Shown: positions 1 to 8,278 of the stretch, one piece after another
How the letters are laid out: every line of letters starts with the position of its first letter
How positions within the stretch are numbered: position 1 is the stretch's first letter
Assembly: GCA_016844955.1 (NCBI GenBank)
Contig: JAERTH010000083.1
Location: 15,712-79,711, forward strand
Direction: 5' to 3'
From: Fidelibacterota bacterium
GTDB lineage: Bacteria; Fidelibacterota; UBA8477; JABMPR01
Length of the DNA stretch: 64,000 nt
The notes under the pieces: model-generated
Told to the model about the DNA's origin: nothing
What the model saw: only the letters and a program-made list of their open reading frames with translations
The model's database searches: none
Translations under genes and position numbers: made by a program

Positions 1-125
1 ACCACCATAGCTGGCAACGCTGCTGCCTGGAGGTTGTTTACCAACATACCAACGGCATAGGCCGACTTTTGCTTCAGGGAAATGCGATCTTCCGGGGCAG
101 TTTTGTATTGTGTGACTGCACTCAT
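1..125 (-). CDS. Partial CDS (5' end only, continues past left edge): putative MFS/GPH-type sugar:cation symporter
   Basis: Absent from the ORF track because it is open-ended. Minus-strand ATG at 125-123 is preceded by AAGGAG (139-134, overlapping the stop of the upstream GH gene). It translates to MSAVTQYKTAPEDRISLKQKSAYAVGMLVNNLQAAALPAMV..., which resembles the N-terminus and TM1 of glycoside-pentoside-hexuronide/MFS transporters. Same strand as, and contiguous with, the two GH genes. Confidence 0.4.
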   Translation of the reverse strand, partial: MSAVTQYKTAPEDRISLKQKSAYAVGMLVNNLQAAALPAMV

Positions 126-137
126 CTGCGTGACTCC

Positions 138-1382
138 TTAATTCTCTCGAGCTGACTGAATATTAGAAAAATGATTGTTGATTTGATCAGGGGTAACATC
201 AGTTGTATAGGGATTCAGGGAATGTATCTCTTGAAGTGTGTAATAAGCTGTTCTGGGTATTAAATCATAAAGTCCCAGTGAGTCACTGGGACCCTTGGCA
301 CAAATACCGAACCACTCCTCATTCATATTGTTATTCCCTGGTACAAAATCATGGGAATAACCACCATTGGACCAGGATGCATGGGTGTCGTGACTGTCCA
401 GGTTGGTCTGTTGACCATGTTTCCACCAGCCATCGCTGAACTGAAAGGTGAATCCGCCAATGGCATTGCCCAGTTTCCCCTGGCCGCTGGATTGAGTATA
501 GATTTCATGCCAGTTTTCCAGCAGGTATCTGGCCTGGGAGGCCTGATCTTCCTGCATTTCAATAGCATGGAAGGCATCTGCACCAAATTCAGTGAGCATA
601 ACAGGGATGCCTAATTTCTGGTCAACAGCCTGGAACAGATCATCAAAGGAAAGCCCACGGTACACATTGGTTCCAAAGACATCCAGATTCTCAATTTCCT
701 CAGCGATTATATCAAGGAACAATAGATCACCATTGGCAATGGCTACAGGTCGCTTGTCATCCAGTTCATGAATGGCGCTGATGGCTTCATTAAATAGCGA
801 ATATAGATGGCGAGCACGGTAAGTTTCTACTGATTCCCCCTCAGGGAGGTTTTCAGTCTCACCACCTTCCCAGAACAGTCCGAAATTATTTTCATTGCCC
901 AGAAGCCACATGAGCACGCCAGGAACCTCATGGAAACTTTCTACCATTTCGCTCACTTCGTCAAGCACTATCTGACGTACTGTTAAATCTGAGTAATTGA
1001 CTTTTCCCACCCACTGGCCATTTAGCTCCAGGCCATAACGGGCAAAGGAATGATTTAGAACCGTAAAAATCCCATACTCTTCGTAGATAAATTGCACCCA
1101 GCGGGGGGGGATATGAGAGTATTGGCGGATGGTATTGACGCCCATGTTTTTTAACAAAGGCATCTCATTGGCCAAAGCGGACAGAATAATCTCATCAGAT
1201 TGAGACCATAGATTGTAACTATAGTTGGTTCCAATGGGGAAGTAGTCCCAGTTCATGCCGAAAATCATATAGTCTTCACCATTTACCTGAAGCCGTTGTC
1301 CCTGACCATCGCTCACAACCCTAACTTCTGAAACAGGGTCAGTGGAGCAGGAAAAGCCTGATATCACAATCAGAAAACCCAT
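138..1382 (-). CDS. Clan GH-A (TIM-barrel) glycoside hydrolase lipoprotein, family not assignable by eye (GH2-TIM/GH5/GH158-like)
   Basis: 414-aa ORF with a lipoprotein-like N-terminus (MGFLIVISGFSCS). Acid/base-type motif 'WLLGNENN', nucleophile-region motif 'MLTEFGADAF', and 'GVNTIRQY'. Sits in a beta-glucan locus next to GH3. Confidence 0.7.
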   Translation of the reverse strand: MGFLIVISGFSCSTDPVSEVRVVSDGQGQRLQVNGEDYMIFGMNWDYFPIGTNYSYNLWSQSDEIILSALANEMPLLKNMGVNTIRQYSHIPPRWVQFIYEEYGIFTVLNHSFARYGLELNGQWVGKVNYSDLTVRQIVLDEVSEMVESFHEVPGVLMWLLGNENNFGLFWEGGETENLPEGESVETYRARHLYSLFNEAISAIHELDDKRPVAIANGDLLFLDIIAEEIENLDVFGTNVYRGLSFDDLFQAVDQKLGIPVMLTEFGADAFHAIEMQEDQASQARYLLENWHEIYTQSSGQGKLGNAIGGFTFQFSDGWWKHGQQTNLDSHDTHASWSNGGYSHDFVPGNNNMNEEWFGICAKGPSDSLGLYDLIPRTAYYTLQEIHSLNPYTTDVTPDQINNHFSNIQSAREN

Positions 1383-1440
1383 AATAGCTTGGGCTAATCT
1401 ACTAACCTTTCGGGCTGGGCTTGTTATATGGGTGGTGTTA

Positions 1441-3288
1441 CTAATAAGTCAATCCATACCCATAGCTAAAGAGTGGTGAATAATTGGAGTCTTTCCAATT
1501 GATTGGAATCTGATCCATGGAAGCCGGCCAGGTCACAGATAATTTTCCCGAAGGTGCATAATCGCCGAAAAGGACATCGGTAATTCCATTGCCCTCTGTT
1601 CCCGGTAACCAGGCTGCCAGTAAGGAGTTGGCATCTTCCAGTACATCATTGATAATCATGGGGCGACCTGAGAGCAGTACAACCACCATGGGAATACCGC
1701 TTGACTTCACTCTATTGATGACCTGAATGTCATCTTCATCAAGCTCAAGTTCAGCGCGGTCACCGTGCATCTCTGCATAGGGACTCTCACCCACAACCAC
1801 GATTACGGCATCAGCTCCTGAAATATCAGATCCAGTGAGGGAGTGAATAACCTGGGTTTCGCTTGAAACCATTTCCTGCACGCCTTCCAAAATGCTGGTG
1901 CCAGGGGTGATGTCACCCATTCCGCCCTGCCAGGCAATGCTCCAGCCACCACACTGCATCCCCACATTGTCAGCACCACGGCCAGTTACAACGATTTTAG
2001 ATAAATCTTTTGCAAGTGGGAGTGTGCCGTCATTCTTAAGCATCACAAGTGATTCACGCACGGCCTGTCTAGCTATTTCGCGATGTTCTGCAGATCCCAC
2101 GGTGGAGATCAAGCTACGATCATTGGCGTAGGCTGAATCCAGCAGACCCATACTTTTCTTCACATTCAGGATGCGGGTCACAGCATCATCAATCCGGGTC
2201 ATCTCAACGGAGCCTTCATTCACGGCTTCTTTTAATAATTTGATAAATTCACGATATCCTTCACCGCTACCACGGGTGATACCAGGCACCATAACCATAT
2301 CGACACCAGCATTGATACTGGTGATGATGTCACTTTTGTAATCGCCGGGAATTTCATCAATGCCTTGCCAGTCTGAGACAATGAAGCCCTCAAAACCCAA
2401 CTCATCCTTCAGAAGATCGGTGAGCAGTTGCCTGTGACCATGCAGTTTGACGCCATTCCAGCTGTTATAGGAAGCCATAATGGTTGCAGTTCCAGCCTCA
2501 ATGGCTTCAATGTAGGGGGGGAGGTGCAGGGTCCGCAGTGTTCCTTCATCGATGATGGCATCGCCGCGATCGATTTGACCATTGTTACCGGTTCCCCAGG
2601 TGGGGGCCCCATCTCCGATATAGTGTTTGGTACAGGCGGCAACGGCATCGGGTGCATTGAGGGCACTGCCCTGATAGCCTTCCACCATTGCCTGGCCTAA
2701 AAGTGAGATGAGCGCAGGATCTTCACCAAAGGATTCATACGCTCGACCCCAACGCTCATCTCTAGAATTTGCCACACAGGGGCTAAAGGTCCAATTGATA
2801 CCCGTTGCTCGAACTTCTTTTGCAGTCAGCGCTGCCAATGCCTTCACAAGCTCGGGGTTGCCCATGGCTCCCAGACCGATGTTGTGCGGAACGATGGTCG
2901 CTCCATAAACATTGTTGTGACCATGAATGGCATCGATTCCATACATCAGGGGGATTCCCAGACGTGTCTGAGACGCCAGGTCCTGATATTCATCCACCAT
3001 ATCAGCCCACGCAGCTGGTTCATTCACATCTGGGGCGGAACCTCCACCACTGAGAATGGAACCCAGATTGTAGTCCCGGATATCGCTTTCCCGTACAAGG
3101 TGGGCTCGTCCGGCCTGGGTCATTTGACCCACCTTCTCTGCCAGGGTCATGGATTGGACAATGGATTCCACCGATTTGCCATGGATTGATTCGGCTTTTA
3201 CGATGGGCTCGGTCGTATTGCAGCCGAGAATAACCAGCGTAGTTAACAGCATTAAAAATGAGAGGTGTTTATCTTGAAGTTTGAACAT
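1441..3288 (-). CDS. GH3 beta-glucosidase / exo-beta-1,3(4)-glucanase (BglX-like), lipoprotein
   Basis: 615-aa ORF. GH3 hallmarks: 'RLGIPLMYGIDAIHG', 'KHYIGDG', 'GFIVSDWQGID' (nucleophile Asp region). Signal/lipobox 'LVILGCN'. RBS GAGGAG lies upstream of ATG 3288. Confidence 0.9.
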   Translation of the reverse strand: MFKLQDKHLSFLMLLTTLVILGCNTTEPIVKAESIHGKSVESIVQSMTLAEKVGQMTQAGRAHLVRESDIRDYNLGSILSGGGSAPDVNEPAAWADMVDEYQDLASQTRLGIPLMYGIDAIHGHNNVYGATIVPHNIGLGAMGNPELVKALAALTAKEVRATGINWTFSPCVANSRDERWGRAYESFGEDPALISLLGQAMVEGYQGSALNAPDAVAACTKHYIGDGAPTWGTGNNGQIDRGDAIIDEGTLRTLHLPPYIEAIEAGTATIMASYNSWNGVKLHGHRQLLTDLLKDELGFEGFIVSDWQGIDEIPGDYKSDIITSINAGVDMVMVPGITRGSGEGYREFIKLLKEAVNEGSVEMTRIDDAVTRILNVKKSMGLLDSAYANDRSLISTVGSAEHREIARQAVRESLVMLKNDGTLPLAKDLSKIVVTGRGADNVGMQCGGWSIAWQGGMGDITPGTSILEGVQEMVSSETQVIHSLTGSDISGADAVIVVVGESPYAEMHGDRAELELDEDDIQVINRVKSSGIPMVVVLLSGRPMIINDVLEDANSLLAAWLPGTEGNGITDVLFGDYAPSGKLSVTWPASMDQIPINWKDSNYSPLFSYGYGLTY

Positions 3289-3347
3289 GTATTCTCCTCG
3301 GGAGGGTACTATTATTGGTAAAAATCTTTAAGACTAATACAATATTG

Positions 3348-3364
3348 TGGCAATTTGAATGCCA
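3348..3364 (-). promoter_or_regulatory. Sigma-54 (-24/-12) promoter candidate for the GH3-GH-transporter operon
   Basis: The minus strand reads TGGCAT-TCAAA-TTGCCA (3364->3348), against the consensus TGGCAC-N5-TTGCW. GG and GC are correctly spaced. The predicted TSS is about 50 nt upstream of the GH3 ATG (3288). A sigma-54 enhancer-binding response regulator is encoded about 3 kb away. Confidence 0.55.
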
Positions 3365-3422
3365 TCACATAGCCTGGCTTTATGAGCAGGTGCAAAACGA
3401 AAATATTTGTCCCCAAAACCTG

Positions 3423-3444
3423 GGCAAACTGAAACTCATTTGCC
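3423..3444. promoter_or_regulatory. Inverted repeat GGCAAA-N10-TTTGCC, possible enhancer (UAS) for the sigma-54 promoter
   Basis: 6-bp perfect arms (3423-3428 / 3439-3444). The centre is about 95 bp upstream of the predicted TSS of the GH3 promoter, a typical EBP-site distance. Confidence 0.25.
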
Positions 3445-3669
3445 ATGATTGATATCTGCTATATGAATCTATAGTGCTGCAGTAAAGACAACATAACCAA
3501 CAGCTAAGCTGATGAGCAGGATTGTTGAAATGGATGGTGAAATCCAAAAGTGGGAAGGTGATTGCCCTGAAAAAGTAAATTCAAGACCAATTGCTGCTGC
3601 GATATTTTGATATGTGAGAATATACAGCTTGTATTGTTTTGATATAAAAATTATTATCATTTCAATAAT

Positions 3670-5031
3670 ATGAATGAATCAGGAGATACCCGTAAGACCA
3701 CCTCTTTGTCCAGCTTGCAGACTTTCACAACGAGCTTGCCCTTCCTATTTATTGTAGGCATTTTAATTTTCCTGGTTTCCTTTGTTATATCTTCATTCCC
3801 CCTGGGTCGTAATCCCATAAAACAGAACCAGATACAACGTGTTTATTTTGCGGATAATATTGCCGCAGGACACTCCAGCATCATTCAAAAATTTAATGAG
3901 ATTCATGAGGGGGAAATTGAAGTAATAGCTATCGATCTTCCCTTTAGAAAATTTAATACCAATCAGCGTAAAGAGCTTATTGCCCGCAATCTGCGAAGTC
4001 GGGGGAGTCGGATAGATGTCTTTTCAGTGGATTTGATCTGGTTGCATAGGTTTACCAAATGGGCAGAACCTTTGACACCTTATTTCTCTCCAGCTTCAAT
4101 TGAAACCATGTTGCCGTCTTCACTGAACACCTGTTATGTGGATGGGGTGCTATATGCCATTCCCATGTACACAGATATCGGAGCATTGTATTACCGTGAG
4201 GATATCATAAAGTCACTACCTGATGGGGAAGCACTTCTTGAGCGCATCAAGCAATCCATTTCCTGGGAAGAGCTATTGGAAATCAAGCGCAAGCATTTTC
4301 CTCAAAAGCCCATATACATTCCTCAAGCGGATGCCTACGAAGGACTAATCTGCAATTTCAATGAAATTCTGGGAATACCGCTTCAGCACCGGGATACAGG
4401 CGAGATTTTAAATCTGACGGATGCGTTTGTGGTGAGGAAGACCCAGTTTTTTCGGGATATGTTTGTAAATGGTATAGCTCCACTGGAAGCTCTGGATATG
4501 ACTGAAGATGATTGCATCAGTTATGCACTGACCCACGATATCCCCTTTGTCAGAGGATGGCCCACCTTAAACAATGAAACCGACCCTCGTTTTGATCCCG
4601 AAATGTTTAAGAAGCTACGCATTGCACCCATGCCTCACTTTGAGGGAGAAAATTCAGCCCCTGTGTTTGGGGGCTGGAATATGATGCTGTCCCGCCATTC
4701 TCCAGTAAAGGAAGCGGCTATTTTGTTTATGCAATTTGCTTCCTCTGTGGAAGGGCAAACTATTTTCTACGAAGCGGAAGGACTATTGCCCATTCAAGAG
4801 ACCTTCTATGATACTGCCAGGACTGACAGGAAACGGGAGCGGCTCGCTAGCATTGAAAAGATGATGGCCAACGGCATTCATCGGCCTGCACTGGATCATT
4901 ACACTTTACTTTCAGATATCCTATCAGAACGACTGCATCTGATTTTGTCCGGTGAATTGGAAGTTGAAGCTGGATTGAAACTGGCGAAGGAAGAAATATC
5001 CATCGCCCTTCAGCGAGGCACATCATTTTGA
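3670..5031 (+). CDS. Membrane-anchored extracellular solute-binding protein (SBP family 1-like), probable sugar-sensing partner of the adjacent kinase
   Basis: 453-aa ORF with an N-terminal TM helix (LPFLFIVGILIFLVSFVISSF). SBP-like segments 'IDVFSVDLIWLHRFTKWAEPLTPYF' and 'GGWNMMLSRHS'. No ABC permease or ATPase is adjacent. The stop codon overlaps the start of the kinase gene. Confidence 0.65.
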   Translation: MNESGDTRKTTSLSSLQTFTTSLPFLFIVGILIFLVSFVISSFPLGRNPIKQNQIQRVYFADNIAAGHSSIIQKFNEIHEGEIEVIAIDLPFRKFNTNQRKELIARNLRSRGSRIDVFSVDLIWLHRFTKWAEPLTPYFSPASIETMLPSSLNTCYVDGVLYAIPMYTDIGALYYREDIIKSLPDGEALLERIKQSISWEELLEIKRKHFPQKPIYIPQADAYEGLICNFNEILGIPLQHRDTGEILNLTDAFVVRKTQFFRDMFVNGIAPLEALDMTEDDCISYALTHDIPFVRGWPTLNNETDPRFDPEMFKKLRIAPMPHFEGENSAPVFGGWNMMLSRHSPVKEAAILFMQFASSVEGQTIFYEAEGLLPIQETFYDTARTDRKRERLASIEKMMANGIHRPALDHYTLLSDILSERLHLILSGELEVEAGLKLAKEEISIALQRGTSF

Positions 5032-6503
5032 CAGTGCAGAACAGATTGCGTGAATATCATTTTGAAATTCGCCATGTATTGGTCTTGTTTATTATCGTGG
5101 TCGTTTTCCAAACAGCCCTTTCCTTTATTAATAATCAATCGACCAATCACATTTTCCAGCAAGCCATGGACTACTATCGCAGAGATTCGGCTGAACGAGT
5201 CGCAGACCTGACCACCACTGCCCTGGAGCTGCTCATCGAGCAGGGGCGCGTTGATGGTGAAGTGAACACAGCCAACGCTGATGATGCTATCCAATCGCTG
5301 GATAAACTCATGAGTCAACAGACCCTGCAGCGTAATGTGGATGAAGTATACCTTCTGGTTACACAGGGAGATAGTGTGCTGGCCTTAAGTCAAGGTCAGG
5401 ATATTTATAATCTGTATCTGGGAGGTGGGGTTGAAGGTGCCATCAATGGTGATTCCACTCCACTGAACGCCATTTCATATTTTGAAACGAACCGACAATT
5501 CGTTCTGGGAAGTGAGCAGGTCATCAGTTCTCTGGAGGGTGACAACACCTTCCATGTTCTGGTACCGTTTTACGATCGAGGTGAGATTGCCGGTGCAACC
5601 TATATGCGGGTTACTCCGGATATTGCCGGTTTTCTCGAGTTAATTGAATCTGCCTACAATCAATCCGGAATCCTGTTTACAGGCCTGATTCTCATGGGCT
5701 TTATGGCCATGTTCTTTATTTATTCATACACAGCCAAGGAGCGTGATCTGGTTCAACAGCAGCTGTTTGATCAGAGTTCAAAACAACTCAGGGAGCAGGT
5801 TGAGCACCAGAAGGAATCTCTTTTCACCAAGCGTATTTACCACACCCACCACAAAGCCGAAAAGGTGATGGGCTTCATCAAGGAAGATCTGCGCACACTC
5901 AACAATGACAATCTTGATGATACGCGTTATCGCGTCACCAAGTACGCCAACTTTGTATCCCGGGTGATTTATGATATGAAATCCTACGATCCACCCATTC
6001 ATGTGATCAGAAATCCCTTGTTTCGAACGGATATCAATGAGGTGATTAAATTTATTGTGGATAATATTTTTCAGCGTGTTTATCGTGAGGGAAAAACCAA
6101 TGCGGTAAATATTGAGCTGGATCTGGCTGAGAATTTACCCACTGTCCAGGTCAATGAATATGTGGTCTGGGAAATCATTGAACCACTTATTCAGAACTCC
6201 ATCGATCATAACTCTGAAATAAGCCTCACCATTATCCTGCGAACCTCAATGCCGGACGAGCATACTTTGCTGATTGAGATTCAAGACAATGGGAAGGGCT
6301 TTCCCGAGGAATTTTTGGATGTAGATGCTGATGGAGTAAAAGCGGTTTTTAAAGAACTGGTAAGCACCAAGGATACCGATCAGAATTCAGGTTATGGTTG
6401 TTATCTGGCCCAGGAAATCAGTCGCCGTTGCGGCTGGCAGGTCAGTGCACATAATGTTAAAGAAGGTGGCGCTTGTTTCACCATTCAGGCCAAGGTAGGA
6501 TAA
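5028..6503 (+). CDS. Sensor histidine kinase (two TM segments, extracytoplasmic sensor region, HATPase_c)
   Basis: 491-aa ORF. TM1 is 'VLVLFIIVVVFQTALSFI', TM2 is 'GILFTGLILMGFMAMFFIY'. H-box-like 'YHTHHKAEKVMGFIKEDL', N-box 'EPLIQNSIDHN', G-boxes 'DNGKGFPEEF' and 'GYGCYLAQEISRRCGW'. TTG (5028) or GTG (5034) start overlapping the SBP stop (5029-5031). Confidence 0.8.
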   Translation: MTVQNRLREYHFEIRHVLVLFIIVVVFQTALSFINNQSTNHIFQQAMDYYRRDSAERVADLTTTALELLIEQGRVDGEVNTANADDAIQSLDKLMSQQTLQRNVDEVYLLVTQGDSVLALSQGQDIYNLYLGGGVEGAINGDSTPLNAISYFETNRQFVLGSEQVISSLEGDNTFHVLVPFYDRGEIAGATYMRVTPDIAGFLELIESAYNQSGILFTGLILMGFMAMFFIYSYTAKERDLVQQQLFDQSSKQLREQVEHQKESLFTKRIYHTHHKAEKVMGFIKEDLRTLNNDNLDDTRYRVTKYANFVSRVIYDMKSYDPPIHVIRNPLFRTDINEVIKFIVDNIFQRVYREGKTNAVNIELDLAENLPTVQVNEYVVWEIIEPLIQNSIDHNSEISLTIILRTSMPDEHTLLIEIQDNGKGFPEEFLDVDADGVKAVFKELVSTKDTDQNSGYGCYLAQEISRRCGWQVSAHNVKEGGACFTIQAKVG

Positions 6504-6506
6504 CAC

Positions 6507-7952
6507 ATGGACAATGATCAGATACGGGTTTTACTCATTGAAGATGAGGAATATGATGTTCGCCGGATTCAGAGTACAATTTATCCATTCCGGGAACGAA
6601 TCAGTATCAAGGACATCGTGTCCACCGGTGAGGATGCACTCAATGCCGTTGATAAAAAGGGTCCCTTTGACGTAGCGATCCTGGATTATCAGATCTCTGG
6701 CGGACTCTATGGTGAACGGCTCATCAAGCGCATGAAGATTGCGGATCCCAGTCTGCAGATCATTGTGATTACAAAAATGACAATTAACCAGACCGACCTG
6801 CACTTTGCCAATCAGATGATGGAGAGTGGAGCCTACTGGTTTGGCACAAAATATCCTTCAGATATCGAAGATTTTATCTACCAGCCTACTGATTTCATAC
6901 TCACCATCATGAATGCTGCAGAAAAACGGAAACTGGAAGAGGACCGGCTAAAATCACAGAACCGGCTGGATCGTAAAATTGATCGAATCGTCCAGGAGAG
7001 ACCTCTGCTGGGCAATTCCCCGATCATTTTAAAGGTTAAAGAGCATATAGAGCGCTACGCAGCAACCAGTGCCAATGTTTTGATCTCTGGTGAATCAGGA
7101 TCTGGTAAAGAGCTCATTGCACGTAACATTCACTATCAATCCGCTCGTAAATACGAAAACTTTGTCACCGTTAATTGTGCCGCCATTCCGGATGAACTTA
7201 TTGAGAGCGAATTGTTCGGATTCGTGAAGGGCGCTTTTACCGGGGCCAAGGAAGATAAGCTGGGTTTATTTGAACAGGCCAACAGCGGAACCATCTTTCT
7301 GGATGAAATCTCTGAACTGCCCTATCAGGCACAAGCCAAACTGCTCCGTGTATTGGAAACGGGGGAGATGGATAAAATTGGCCGCAAGAAGAGCTACAAG
7401 GTGGATGTGCGGGTTATTTCCGCCACCAACAAGAACCTGAAAGATTTGATGAAACGGAATCATTTTCGCGAGGATCTCTATTATCGTCTCAATATCCTCA
7501 GAATTCAGGCACCCGCTGTGAGGGAACGCACTGAAGATATTAGACTTCTGATTGATTATTTTGTCGGTCACCATTGCCGTGATTTAAGTATCACTATCCC
7601 CAAAATCACTGATTCTGCCTGGAAAATACTGGAACTTTTTCACTGGCCTGGAAATGTGCGTCAGCTTAAAAATGTGGTGCAGCGAATGGTGATCTTATGT
7701 AATGATCGAATTACCAAAGATGTGGTTCATATGGCGCTTGATCTACAGGGTCAGGATTCCATATCATCTTTGGTAAACCCGGTTTTCTCAACCGAGAATA
7801 TCCTGCCCCTAAAAGATGTGGAACAGAGTTTTCGGCGTCAATATTTCGAGTTTGTCAGGCAGCACTGCAAAACCGACACTGAAGCCGCTGGAAAATTGGG
7901 TCTTGCCCCGCCAAATTTTCATCGGATGTGTAAGGAATTAGGTTTGAAATAG
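6507..7952 (+). CDS. Sigma-54-dependent response regulator (REC + AAA+ EBP + Fis-type HTH), NtrC family
   Basis: 481-aa ORF. REC domain 'VLLIEDEEYD...VAILDYQI'. Walker A 'GESGSGKE'. Sigma-54 contact motif 'GAFTGA'. 'FREDLYYRLNI'. C-terminal HTH 'AAGKLGLAPPNFHRMCKELGL'. Confidence 0.9.
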   Translation: MDNDQIRVLLIEDEEYDVRRIQSTIYPFRERISIKDIVSTGEDALNAVDKKGPFDVAILDYQISGGLYGERLIKRMKIADPSLQIIVITKMTINQTDLHFANQMMESGAYWFGTKYPSDIEDFIYQPTDFILTIMNAAEKRKLEEDRLKSQNRLDRKIDRIVQERPLLGNSPIILKVKEHIERYAATSANVLISGESGSGKELIARNIHYQSARKYENFVTVNCAAIPDELIESELFGFVKGAFTGAKEDKLGLFEQANSGTIFLDEISELPYQAQAKLLRVLETGEMDKIGRKKSYKVDVRVISATNKNLKDLMKRNHFREDLYYRLNILRIQAPAVRERTEDIRLLIDYFVGHHCRDLSITIPKITDSAWKILELFHWPGNVRQLKNVVQRMVILCNDRITKDVVHMALDLQGQDSISSLVNPVFSTENILPLKDVEQSFRRQYFEFVRQHCKTDTEAAGKLGLAPPNFHRMCKELGLK

Positions 7953-8089
7953 ATTAGAATCGTGTGAGGAATAGTTATTATAATAATAAGAAAATTATTC
8001 CAATAATAACGTGAATCACCAAATTTTGTGACCATCGCCAACTTCAACAGCCAATCCAGCAAATCCACTCTAAGAAAATATTTTAAGAT

Positions 8090-8133
8090 TTACAAATTGT
8101 AAGTCACTGTATTACAATAAGTAACAGTTGTAT
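8090..8133. promoter_or_regulatory. Cluster of TTACAA/TTGTAA inverted half-sites (candidate regulator/EBP binding sites)
   Basis: TTACAA-a-TTGTAA (8090-8102). TTGTAA-N9-TTACAA (8097-8117), extendable to ATTGTAA/TTACAAT. TTACAA-N10-TTGTAT (8112-8133). Located 145-190 bp upstream of the SSF start codon. Confidence 0.25.
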
Positions 8134-8175
8134 GCGTTAATGTCTGATCTTACTCAGATAAAAAAAAAGCATCCA

Positions 8176-8201
8176 TGGACTATATTCGGCACAAAGTGGT
8201 C
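8176..8201 (+). promoter_or_regulatory. Weak sigma-54-like -24/-12 candidates upstream of the SSF transporter operon
   Basis: TGGACT-ATATT-CGGCA (8176-8191) has GG-N10-GC spacing correct but 5 mismatches in flanking consensus positions. It overlaps cGGCAC-AAAGT-GGTC (8187-8201), which has a good -24 element but no GC at -12. Neither candidate is convincing alone. Confidence 0.2.
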
Positions 8202-8278
8202 TGGTAATTGAACCTGAGTACTTCGCAATTTATGAAAATATTTATTAATACGTATCGTTTACTGAACAAGGATCATTC

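Noticed and set aside
1103-1110. G8/C8 homopolymer inside the GH-A gene (encodes IPPRW). A second G8 run at 12493-12500 could be a phase-variation tract.
   Set aside because: The reading frame is intact through the first tract. The second is part of a terminator stem. Single 8-mers without population evidence are more likely incidental or hot spots for sequencing error.
3421-3445. Minus-strand TGGCAA-ATGAG-TTTC as a second sigma-54 promoter.
   Set aside because: The -12 element lacks GC (it is TC). The sequence is better explained as one arm of the GGCAAA/TTTGCC inverted repeat.
3469-3660. 63-aa minus-strand ORF in the divergent GH3/SBP intergenic region (hydrophobic, could be a small membrane protein).
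   Set aside because: No RBS, AT-rich promoter-region composition, and overlap with the likely SBP promoter. The hydrophobicity is explained by T-rich codons. A genuine micro-protein cannot be excluded.
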